Under the pieces are notes generated by a model, which worked only from the letters and a program-made list of their open reading frames with translations, did not search any database and was not told the origin of the DNA. Shown here one piece after another: positions 40,052-48,387 of a DNA stretch of 64,000 bases (position 1 is the first letter of the stretch; every line of letters begins with the position of its first letter). The translations under genes and the position numbers were made by a program. The stretch comes from a bacterium. GTDB lineage: Bacteria > SAR324 > XYD2-FULL-50-16. The stretch lies in contig JAVVEA010000012.1 of the NCBI GenBank assembly GCA_032250835.1, positions 32,001 through 96,000 of the forward strand, written 5' to 3'.

Positions 40052-41509
40052 TTACCTATCCATCAACAAAGAGAACACCTTCGAGGGTGAGCTATTCGCC
40101 TGCGACATCATTGCCGCAGCCGACTGCTTCATCAACTCGTTACGGGTATAATTGGCCATCTCCAAAGCGATGTCCGTATCCCGAATGGTTGATTCCGCAG
40201 CCACCATGTTCTCCTGGGTGGTCCGCAACGTCGCGATGTTGGTCGCCAGAGTATTCTTCTGGAACGAACCCAACCTTGAGCGCGTCTGGGACACGTCGTT
40301 AATGGCGGTGTCAATGATCTTCAGAGCGTCCTGTGCCCCTTGAGCCGTCCGGACATCGATGTCCGCAAGACTTTCAAAGGCACTTGAGTTCGCAATACCC
40401 CGGCCAACTTGGTTGGCCGACATGTTCTGAAGCGCAATCTCGACCGTTTGGCCCGCGTCCGGTCCGACCTGGAAGGTTAAGGCGTTTTGAGCCACCGTAA
40501 CCTTACCCACGTTCGTTCCTTCGGCCAGCGGCTGCACCCCTTCGGGCCGCCGGTACCGCACCGTCAAGTTGTCGGTCGAGGGGTTACCGACCAAACCGGT
40601 CATGGTATCCCCTTTTCCGAGCGTTGCCTCACCATTAATGGTTCCCATTAGGTCCGTACCCGAATTGGCGCTGCTTAGGCTACCGGCTTCTTGTGACAAG
40701 ACACCAGCGGTCGAAGAAGACACCTGGAAGGTGTACTGAGACCCATGTTGCTTATGAGCGATCCGGATCACACCCGAGTCATCACTCGTCACGTCTACCG
40801 CGAGACCCGACTTACGGGACACCTCGGCGAAGTTCTTGATCGCACTAGCCACCGTGTCCGTAGACTTGGTGGTGTAGGTGGCGGATTTACCGCCCTCTAC
40901 CAGCGTCAAGGTTTCCCCCGCTTCGACCATCTCTTTAGTCAGGGCCGTACTGCCCGACCAAGAGGCCGCGGAAGACTCTTGGGTAATGACTACGTCATAC
41001 CCGTCTTTCCCAGAAGACATGGCTTTGGTACCGGCTTCGACGAAGGACAAGCCCGCGCCGATTGAGGTACCCGAAACACCGTTTGAACCGTCCAGCAGCT
41101 TCTTAGAGCCGAATGACGTGGTTTGAGCGATCCGGTCAATGGCCGAAATCCCTCCGCTGATTTCCGTTTGGTCGGCCTCCAGCATAACCATATCGTTCGC
41201 GCCCTCGTTGGCCGCGTGGATGGACAATTGGCGCATGCCCACCAAAAGGTTGTTCACCTCTGTTAAAGCACCTTCAGCAGTTTGAACCATAGAAACCGAG
41301 GCTTCGGAGTTCTTCACAGCTTGCTCGATACTCGCGATTTGCGAGCGCATCTGTTCAGAAGCTACCAAAGACGCGGGAGCATCCCCTGCTCGGTTGATAC
41401 TCAAGCCCGACGAAAGTTTTTCAAGGGACTTTGAGACCCTATCCGAAGCTTGTGTCAGGTTCCTATGCGCGTTCAGACTGCTGGTATTATGGTTAATTCG
41501 CAAACTCAT
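40052..41509 (-). CDS. Flagellin, downstream paralog (here called fla2)
   Basis: MSLRINHN, LEKLSSGLSINRAGD, QTAEGALTE, FQVG, RSRLGSFQ, ESTIRDTD; SD AGGAGG. Confidence 0.95.
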   Translation of the reverse strand: MSLRINHNTSSLNAHRNLTQASDRVSKSLEKLSSGLSINRAGDAPASLVASEQMRSQIASIEQAVKNSEASVSMVQTAEGALTEVNNLLVGMRQLSIHAANEGANDMVMLEADQTEISGGISAIDRIAQTTSFGSKKLLDGSNGVSGTSIGAGLSFVEAGTKAMSSGKDGYDVVITQESSAASWSGSTALTKEMVEAGETLTLVEGGKSATYTTKSTDTVASAIKNFAEVSRKSGLAVDVTSDDSGVIRIAHKQHGSQYTFQVSSSTAGVLSQEAGSLSSANSGTDLMGTINGEATLGKGDTMTGLVGNPSTDNLTVRYRRPEGVQPLAEGTNVGKVTVAQNALTFQVGPDAGQTVEIALQNMSANQVGRGIANSSAFESLADIDVRTAQGAQDALKIIDTAINDVSQTRSRLGSFQKNTLATNIATLRTTQENMVAAESTIRDTDIALEMANYTRNELMKQSAAAMMSQANSSPSKVFSLLMDR

Positions 41510-41824
41510 ATTACCTCCTAATAGAGCGTATGCGGCTTGAGAGTATCATCGACCTCCGATGTCAATAAAACTCGAACCTTACCCTTTCGGGCAGGAAACG
41601 CTTGGGACCTGTAGGTCGCACAACCTGCGGGTACCAAAGCGGCTCCCCTGAACCACATTCCCCTTCCTAGTTTGGGGCTCAAGGCAACCGCTTTGCCGCG
41701 GTCACCCATACCTCGCCTGGAAAGGTGCTCTTAGACGATAAGTCTGCGATCCTGCCAATGATCGCAACCGATCCCCAATGGCCGGGGGGAGCAGCCCCCG
41801 GCTACGTTCATGCCGCTGTTAAGA

Positions 41825-43282
41825 TCAACCCAACAACTTCATGATCGAATTGGGCATATTGTTGGCGTGGCTGAGCATCGCCGTAGCCGACTCGACCATG
41901 ATCTGGTTTCTGGTGAAAGAAGCCATTTCCATAGCCATGTCGGTGTCGCGAATGGTCGACTCAGCCGCTACGAGATTCTCCGAAGCAATCCGCAGGTTCG
42001 ATAGATTGCTTTCCAGGGTGTTTTTCTGGAAGGCACCCAACTCACCACGGATGGACGTGATGTCGTTGATCGCTTGATCGATCAACCGCAACGAGTCCTG
42101 AGCCCCGTCGAAATTCCGTACGTCGATGTCCCGCAAGCTAGCAAAACCTGAATCGTTCTCAACCCCTTTGCCCAATGACTTAGAAGAGGTGTCAAACAAC
42201 GATACACTAGCGGTTTGGCCCTGGTTGCCCCCGATTTGGAAGGTCAACGAGTTGTTCGAAACCGCTACGGAGCCAATTTTAACGCCCCCTTCGGGGATGT
42301 CGCCATCGGTGCCGGCCCTACCCCAAAAGCCTACTTTTAGGCCTTCGACGTTTGCCGTACCACTGGAACCGGTAAGGACTTGTCCCTTACCCGAAGTGGT
42401 TTCTCCGTTGATCGATCCTTCAATGTCCTGACCATTGTCGATGGTCTGGACCGCCCCGCCTTCGTCCGAAAGCAGGCCAGAGGAAGTCGATGAGACTTGA
42501 AACTGTTGGCCGGAGCCATATTGTTTGTGGGTCACCACCAACTGGTTTTGTTCGTTTAGCGAAACTTCAACATCCAACCCTGAGTCTTTGACGGCGCTAG
42601 AAAGCCGTTGTACGGCCGTCTTCACGTTGTCGCTGCTCTCAGCTTTGAACCTTGCGATCTTCCCGCCCTCAATGATGGTAAACTCCTCGCCTGCGGCGAT
42701 GGCTTCTTCCGTTAGGGCTTGCTTGCCGACCACTTGGCTGCGGGTGGCGTTTTTGGTGACCACTACGTCGTAACCGTCGGCGTCTGAAGCTTGAGTCTTG
42801 ACGCTAGCGCCAAGAAATTCAACTCCATTACCGATGGCCACGCCGGTGGCACCATTACTTCCATCAAGCAACTTCCGTTTGCCGAACTGCGTCTGGGCAG
42901 CGATCCGATCTAAAGATTGAAGCGCGTTGGAAATCTCGAGTTGGTCCGCTTGCAGCATGACCTCGTCGTTCATCCCCTCGTTGGAAGCGTGAATAGACAA
43001 CTGCCGCATGGATACCAAGAGGCGGTTGACTTCGTTCAGCGCACCTTCGGTGGTCTGAATGACGCTGATAGCGTTCTCGTTGTTCGTTACGGCCTGGTTG
43101 ACCGAAGCGACCTGAGCACGCATCTGCTCGGAAATCACCAATTGCGCCGGGCCGTCACTGGCCCGGTTGATCTTCAATCCGCTGGAAAGCTTTTCCAGGG
43201 AGCCCCGAAGAGCCGTCTCGTTAGCGAGCAGGTTCCGGTGGGCGTTTAAGGCACTCTTGTTATGATTGATACGAACACTCAT
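41825..43282 (-). CDS. Flagellin, upstream paralog (here called fla1)
   Basis: MSVRINHN, LEKLSSGLKINRASD, QTTEGALNE, FQIG, RGELGAFQ, ESTIRDTDMA. Confidence 0.95.
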   Translation of the reverse strand: MSVRINHNKSALNAHRNLLANETALRGSLEKLSSGLKINRASDGPAQLVISEQMRAQVASVNQAVTNNENAISVIQTTEGALNEVNRLLVSMRQLSIHASNEGMNDEVMLQADQLEISNALQSLDRIAAQTQFGKRKLLDGSNGATGVAIGNGVEFLGASVKTQASDADGYDVVVTKNATRSQVVGKQALTEEAIAAGEEFTIIEGGKIARFKAESSDNVKTAVQRLSSAVKDSGLDVEVSLNEQNQLVVTHKQYGSGQQFQVSSTSSGLLSDEGGAVQTIDNGQDIEGSINGETTSGKGQVLTGSSGTANVEGLKVGFWGRAGTDGDIPEGGVKIGSVAVSNNSLTFQIGGNQGQTASVSLFDTSSKSLGKGVENDSGFASLRDIDVRNFDGAQDSLRLIDQAINDITSIRGELGAFQKNTLESNLSNLRIASENLVAAESTIRDTDMAMEMASFTRNQIMVESATAMLSHANNMPNSIMKLLG

Positions 43283-43287
43283 AACAT

Positions 43288-43421
43288 TCTCCTTGTGAGA
43301 TGGTTTAGCCCGAAATCCTTATCGGGCCGGTAAGCCAAGTCATGGCTACTTCGCAAAGCTCGGATCGGCAAAAAAGTTCGGTCGCCAACTCCTTTTGGCG
43401 GACAACCAAATCCTTTTGGTT
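43288..43421 (-). promoter_or_regulatory. Array of CsrA-type AGGA-in-loop hairpins in the fla1 leader
   Basis: Hairpins at 43308-43327, 43383-43400 and 43404-43421 each display AGGA in the loop on the minus strand; SD is CAAGGAG. Confidence 0.7.
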
Positions 43422-43618
43422 TCTCCAAGCGAAGCACCCTACGAAGTCCCCCTAGAGGGGCCTCCCAGGGCAGCTCCCATATCCAACCCAAGCCTAACTT
43501 CTCGGGATATGGCAACTGCCGGGCGTGGTTCACCTTGCGCACCTCACGCATTATCCATAGGCAATCTCCAATTCAGGTTTAAAATAACCCTCCGTTGGCC
43601 ACAGAGGGAGTTAGTTCC

Positions 43619-43646
43619 TTAACGGCTAAAGGCCGCTAAAACTTAA
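43619..43646 (-). promoter_or_regulatory. Sigma28 (FliA) promoter for fla1
   Basis: Minus strand TAAG-N15-GCCGTTAA versus consensus TAAA-N15-GCCGATAA. Confidence 0.75.
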
Positions 43647-43774
43647 ATACTCTTCGCCGCAAACAGGCCTTGGGCTTAGATTTAACCCCGTCCAGCCTAG
43701 TTGTAGCCCGATCAAAAAAACACAAAAAGGAGCTTCGAGCCAGGTCTTAGACCCGGACCCTTGGCCCCTGTGTT

Positions 43775-43966
43775 TCATGAGGCCGCATCCAAGGGCCCGC
43801 TTTCGTATTCGTCGATTTCGATAAACAACGGCGGATCTTCAGGCGCGTAAACCAGTTTCAATCCTGGCTGGATGCGCGTTAAGCTACGTTCGTCGAAGCA
43901 GATGTTGATCACCCGTTTCGCATAATTGGAGCTGTAGCGCTCCTTAGCAACTCGTTTGGCTTTCAT
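43775..43966 (-). CDS. Small hypothetical protein, 63 aa
   Basis: ATG preceded by AAAGGAGAAAAGGACC; fills the gap between fliS and the fla1 promoter in the operon orientation. Confidence 0.5.
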   Translation of the reverse strand: MKAKRVAKERYSSNYAKRVINICFDERSLTRIQPGLKLVYAPEDPPLFIEIDEYESGPLDAAS

Positions 43967-43987
43967 GGTCCTTTTCTCCTTTGATCA

Positions 43988-44003
43988 TGGCACAGCTTTC
44001 GCA
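43988..44003 (+). promoter_or_regulatory. Sigma54 (RpoN) -24/-12 promoter on the + strand with no downstream ORF
   Basis: TGGCAC-AGCTT-TCGCA, exact GG-N10-GC spacing. Confidence 0.6.
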
Positions 44004-44013
44004 TCTCCATAAT

Positions 44014-44150
44014 CGTCATGGTTAATTCGCAAACTCATATGCCGGATCCCCAAGGACCCCAAAAATTCGCGGTGCCGCACACGCCGCAGGGGAATCCAGA
44101 AGGATCCCGGATATGGGCAGAGTGATCCGACCAGACTCCTAATCAAAATC
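44014..44150 (+). ncRNA. Candidate trans-antisense sRNA against the fla2 translation start; ends approximate
   Basis: 44018-44040 is identical to 41489-41511 (23 of 23 nt); 44136-44143 is identical to 41515-41522; imperfect hairpin 44036-44115; sigma54 motif just upstream. Confidence 0.5.
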
Positions 44151-44255
44151 CCCTTGCCTTAAAATTTTGCCAAAAGTCCCCCGGGCCGCTTATCGTTTTT
44201 CGATGCCGCCTAGTTCTTTACCTATGGGGGCCAGTGCCTGGGCACCGGATGGGTC

Positions 44256-44693
44256 TTAACCTTCTACATTAACCGGCTTGACGGTACCGCGCATCTGCAC
44301 ATAATTGCTTTTGGTTTTGCGCTGTTCGATCACCGCACGCCAACCTTCGCGCAACTCGGTTAACAGAACCAAACACTCGTCGGTCAAGACCGGACTTTTT
44401 TGGATGTTCGCATCGATCAGCCGGTTGTAGATGTAGGTGTACAGCTTCTGAAGGTTAACACCGATCTCTCCGGTGCCTTCGGTATTCAAAGACCCCAACA
44501 ACTCGGCCACAATGTCCTTGGTCTTCACCAACGAGGTGTGGGCTCCTTCCAAGTCGTTTTCTTCGAGTTTGATCAAAGCTTTCTTTAAAAAGCGCACCGC
44601 GCCGTCGTACAACATCAAGATCAGGGTCGCCTGATCCTGGGTGTTTACGGCGGCCTTTTTGTAGGCCTGGCTGCCTTTGGCATAGGGGTTCAT
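44256..44693 (-). CDS. fliS: Flagellar export chaperone FliS
   Basis: AYKKAAVNT...LILMLYDGA, NLQKLYTY, LTELREGW. Confidence 0.95.
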   Translation of the reverse strand: MNPYAKGSQAYKKAAVNTQDQATLILMLYDGAVRFLKKALIKLEENDLEGAHTSLVKTKDIVAELLGSLNTEGTGEIGVNLQKLYTYIYNRLIDANIQKSPVLTDECLVLLTELREGWRAVIEQRKTKSNYVQMRGTVKPVNVEG

Positions 44694-44710
44694 GTTTCCT
44701 CCGAATTAAT

Positions 44711-47700
44711 CTACAGTTTTGCCAGTTCCTTACTCATGTAGCTTTGTTCAGCTTTTAGCTGGCCCATCTTCGAGTCAAGGCGGGCAAACTTTTCCACCAA
44801 CTTTTCGCGTTTGGCGGTCACGCGCTCTTCGAGGGTTTTCACCTCCGCTTCGTAGCCCTTGAGCTGTTCTTCAACGTTCTTGGTGTAAATCCCCAGGGCC
44901 CCGGTTTCGGCGTCCATTAGTCCGGTGATATACTCCATCACGCGGGTGCCCACCCCTTTAGTGAACACCATATTCGCTTCGGGCCCTTCGGCTAGTTGGG
45001 TGTCGGCCAGCGAGACAAATAGCTTCAACCCTTCAAAATCAGTCCCTTCGGGCCCGGATAAGATCTGACCCGAGCCGTCCATCTCGATGCCGTTGATGCT
45101 GCCCTGAACATTTTTACCCGCCGCCCCTTCGCCGCCCATCAAGAAATGCGGTTTGAGGTTGTCCACTTCCTTGGGCCGGACCTCGATGGCGCTTCTCGAA
45201 CCGGTCAGGTTCGAGCGGATCGTGATTTTGCCTTGGTCCTGAGTCACGGCTATGTTCATGCGCTTAAGCGCTTTATCTTCCAAAATCTTTTTCTGTAATT
45301 CCTTAGCCAGCATCTCGACGCTGTCATAGGTCTTCTTTTCTAACTCGATCGGTTCGGACTCGCGTCCGTTGACCTTTAAAAAGATCACGTTATTGGTGTC
45401 GTCGACCACCACGGGCTGCGTAAAGGTTTGGGTGCTATAATACCCTTTGCTCGCCGCTTGGGTGATGTCGATGGCAAAGCCGTCTGCACCGCTCAACTTG
45501 GTTTTCTCGGTAGACGAGAGATAACTGATCGCGCTGTTCTCGCTGGTGCCATTGCTGCGGAACAGGTTGGCTACCTTAGAGAGGTCGTCATTGACCGCTT
45601 GGTTCAGTTTGTCTTCGTCTACAATAATGGTCCCTTCACCACCAATTTTGAGGCCAATGGCCATCAGCAAGTTGGCGTCTTCGGGCAACCCGCTCACCGG
45701 GTTGATGAAGATCCGCGACATCTCTTGTTGGATCCGCGGAAGGTTCCGGTCGCCCTGCAACGGGGCCGCCTCATCCTTATCCTTGTCGTACTTGATCACC
45801 TCTCTAAAGAAGGTGAGCATTTCGTTGTACGAATCCACAAATTCTTTGACGCCGGCGATGGCCTTTTCGGTATCGCCTTTGATGCTGATGGTCACCGGCT
45901 TTTCGGAGGTGGCCAAAAGGTTCAACTTGACCCCATCAATCACGTCGTCCAGTTCGTTGGTGGCGCTGGTGATCAGCAAACCGCCGCCCAATTCGGTCGC
46001 CCCTAGCCGAACCTCAGCATCTTGGGGCGGTTGGATGACCGGGCTGAAGGTGCGGAAGGTGAAGCTATCGGTTTCAAAGATACTCCCTTCGCCCAACTGC
46101 AAGCTCAAGCCCGAGTCGAAGGCTAGGGCCGCTCCGGCTTGGTAGTGGTCGCCACCTACCTTCAAAACGCCCGAATTGCCTTCATTGTCTTCCCATTTCA
46201 TCTCCAAGCCCTTGGTGGTCCCGATGGTACCGGAGCCCAGGGCGGTGAAGGTATAGACCTTGGATTCATAGCCCTCAAAGTTACCTACGATCTGCTTTTC
46301 TACGTTGCTGACCCTAGGTCCTTTCGGAGCCGTCGAAGCCTTTGCGCCACCACCAAAACCGGTCGAGGCGGCATCGTCTTCTACCTCAGGGCCGATCCAA
46401 CTGCTCAAATTTTTAATCTGCCCACCTTCTACCTGATCCGACTCGGGCAACCACCAATAGTTGGCCGTCGATTCAGACTGGCATTCGAAGGTAGCATAAC
46501 TGCCTTCGTTTAGCAGACCGGGCTTCAACTCGATCTCTAGGCCTCGGCCCAAGCTCATTTTGGTGCCCGGTTGGTAACCGTCCCCGACGAAGATAGTGCC
46601 GGAGAAACCATTTTCACTGGTCACCTCAATCTTTAAATCACCTTGGCCGATCTGACCGGAGCCCACCACCTTCATGGTGAAGCGGTCGTCTTCTGCTCCG
46701 TCATATTGGCCGGTGACGATCGGTCCACCTTCGGTGGCCTGCTTGCCCCAACTGGCCGGTTGTTGGATCGCCGGGGCCCGCTCTTCATCAGACTTCCACC
46801 AATAGATTTCCGGTTCCTGTGGCTTAGCCTTGGCTTCGAAGCTGTCGTTAACGATCACTTCCCCATCGGTCATCACCAACTGGATCCCGTCGACTACCTC
46901 CACCGGCTCTCCGGGGGTGTAGTTAAAACTGCCCAAGTCCAGGTAGCCATGGCGTCCCTGGTTGTCTTCCCAGCGCACCCTTAAGGTTTCGCTAACCCCG
47001 ACCGCGCCGGTGTTGACCACCGTAAACTTCAGGTCTAAGGGTTCGGTGCCCGTATAGGTCCCGATCAATTCCGGGATCGCCGTCGAAGCGCCGGTTCCGG
47101 TCGCCTTGGAATCTGCTTTGTCTCCTGCCGCAGCAATCCCTTTCCACTTGCTGGGCTGGTTGTAATAGGGGTCGAAGGTCGGCGAGGGGATTCCCTCTTC
47201 GCCTTGCAGTTCGACCTGGGTAAAGATTTCCCCATCTTTGCCCGTCATCTTGCTGGTCAACACGATCTGATAGGGCGCTTCTTTGTTGCCCGTCTTGATG
47301 ATGTTGGCCTCTACCTCAGCGTCCAGCGCGTTGATCGCGTCGGCAAAGCCTTGCACTGTATTGTTGGTGTCATCGACCACAAAACTTTCGGAGGCATTTT
47401 CGCCCACCGTTAACGTAACCTTTCCTTTACCAATCTGGGCGTCCTTTTCGGCAAAGCCCTGGCTGGCAATCTGGTGGTTTAAGGCCAGCTTATCGACCAC
47501 CAAGGTATGTTTGCCCGGCTTCGCTCCACTGGTGGCGCTGGCGGCGACGATCTCGGGGTCCGAGCTATCGACCAGCTTGCCTTCCCACATGGACTTCTTC
47601 GAGAGCACCTCGGACTTATCCTTTACCTGCTCAATCAAAGCCTTGACCTGCTTCCAGGCCTCCAACTCGACGGTCTTCTCAGTGGCCCGGCCCTGGATCG

Positions 47701-47806
47701 GCTCGATCTTCTTTTTTTCGACCTCAACCAATTTTTCGATGATGTTCTTGACGTCCAAACCGGAGCCAAGCCCTTGCATCATATTGGGTGAAATTTCACC
47801 AGCCAT
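44711..47806 (-). CDS. fliD: Flagellar filament cap FliD, unusually long (about 1030 aa)
   Basis: GLGSGLDVKNIIEKLVEVEK N-terminus; QDA...TNELDDVIDGV, FVDSYN, PLQGD; C-terminal KFARLDS; ATG at 47806 preferred. Confidence 0.92.
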   Translation of the reverse strand: MAGEISPNMMQGLGSGLDVKNIIEKLVEVEKKKIEPIQGRATEKTVELEAWKQVKALIEQVKDKSEVLSKKSMWEGKLVDSSDPEIVAASATSGAKPGKHTLVVDKLALNHQIASQGFAEKDAQIGKGKVTLTVGENASESFVVDDTNNTVQGFADAINALDAEVEANIIKTGNKEAPYQIVLTSKMTGKDGEIFTQVELQGEEGIPSPTFDPYYNQPSKWKGIAAAGDKADSKATGTGASTAIPELIGTYTGTEPLDLKFTVVNTGAVGVSETLRVRWEDNQGRHGYLDLGSFNYTPGEPVEVVDGIQLVMTDGEVIVNDSFEAKAKPQEPEIYWWKSDEERAPAIQQPASWGKQATEGGPIVTGQYDGAEDDRFTMKVVGSGQIGQGDLKIEVTSENGFSGTIFVGDGYQPGTKMSLGRGLEIELKPGLLNEGSYATFECQSESTANYWWLPESDQVEGGQIKNLSSWIGPEVEDDAASTGFGGGAKASTAPKGPRVSNVEKQIVGNFEGYESKVYTFTALGSGTIGTTKGLEMKWEDNEGNSGVLKVGGDHYQAGAALAFDSGLSLQLGEGSIFETDSFTFRTFSPVIQPPQDAEVRLGATELGGGLLITSATNELDDVIDGVKLNLLATSEKPVTISIKGDTEKAIAGVKEFVDSYNEMLTFFREVIKYDKDKDEAAPLQGDRNLPRIQQEMSRIFINPVSGLPEDANLLMAIGLKIGGEGTIIVDEDKLNQAVNDDLSKVANLFRSNGTSENSAISYLSSTEKTKLSGADGFAIDITQAASKGYYSTQTFTQPVVVDDTNNVIFLKVNGRESEPIELEKKTYDSVEMLAKELQKKILEDKALKRMNIAVTQDQGKITIRSNLTGSRSAIEVRPKEVDNLKPHFLMGGEGAAGKNVQGSINGIEMDGSGQILSGPEGTDFEGLKLFVSLADTQLAEGPEANMVFTKGVGTRVMEYITGLMDAETGALGIYTKNVEEQLKGYEAEVKTLEERVTAKREKLVEKFARLDSKMGQLKAEQSYMSKELAKL

Positions 47807-48034
47807 ATTGAAACCTATCCTTGAGAAGGTCGGAACCGGCAAATAGTTCCGCAGTCTTTAACTAGAGACTCCGCTCGACCCAACGGATTAAACTCCGTCG
47901 TAGGGACCTCCTTTTATTGCTACCCGCCGTAATCAAAGGCGGACAGGTTCAGGAGCGGACCTGCCTTGCCATCGGGCAAGAGGTCCCTGAGGTTGATTGG
48001 GCCATCAAAGGCCCTAGAATCCCAAGGATAGGTT

Positions 48035-48051
48035 TACAATTCTTGTTCCAA
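48035..48051 (-). promoter_or_regulatory. Sigma54-like promoter upstream of fliD
   Basis: Minus strand TTGGAAC-AAGAA-TTGTA; correct spacing with GT instead of GC at -12. Confidence 0.45.
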
Positions 48052-48059
48052 CTTGCCTT

Positions 48060-48385
48060 TACACTCCTTCTTTCTTTTTCGCCCGCCTGCTTAAGCTCCG
48101 GCGTTGGGGCCTAAGAGGATCAAGGCGATTACCGTTTAGGGGTGGCCGCGAGGGCCACTGGCTCCTCTGGTGAGCCCGATCATACGGGCCAGACCACTCG
48201 CCTCAGGCGAAATGCTGGCCACCCCATTAAGTTCCCCCTTTTAAAGGGGCTAAAGATTTGGCCTCCTACAGGCTGATAGGCGCACACCCCAGCCTGCAGG
48301 AGCCGACCCGAGGGGGTCGGTGTCATGGTGCTTTCGCACCCAATCTAACGGGCGGAACCTAGCCCTTTGGCTTAAGTCCTTGCCT
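48060..48385 (-). ncRNA. Large structured non-coding RNA or leader domain
   Basis: Dense nested stems, GAAA tetraloop and G-U pair on the minus strand; starts just downstream of a sigma28 promoter; no minus-strand ORF of 60 aa or more. Confidence 0.45.
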
Positions 48386-48387
48386 CC

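Noticed and set aside
41546-41575. Sigma28 promoter for fla2 (GTCGATGA)
   Set aside because: No TAAA-like -35 at 15-nt spacing; better explained as a GGA-containing hairpin
43985-44038. Minus-strand mini-ORF MSLRINHDDYGDAKAVP as a flagellin pseudogene or leader peptide
   Set aside because: Similarity stops abruptly after codon 7 with no decayed flagellin beyond it, and the rest of the ORF is the reverse of a sigma54 motif. Antisense RNA fits better, but this reading is not fully excluded.
44018-44115. Guide-plus-scaffold RNA of a TnpB/TldR or Cas-like system targeting flagellin
   Set aside because: No TnpB, IscB or Cas-like ORF in the window and no repeat-spacer array
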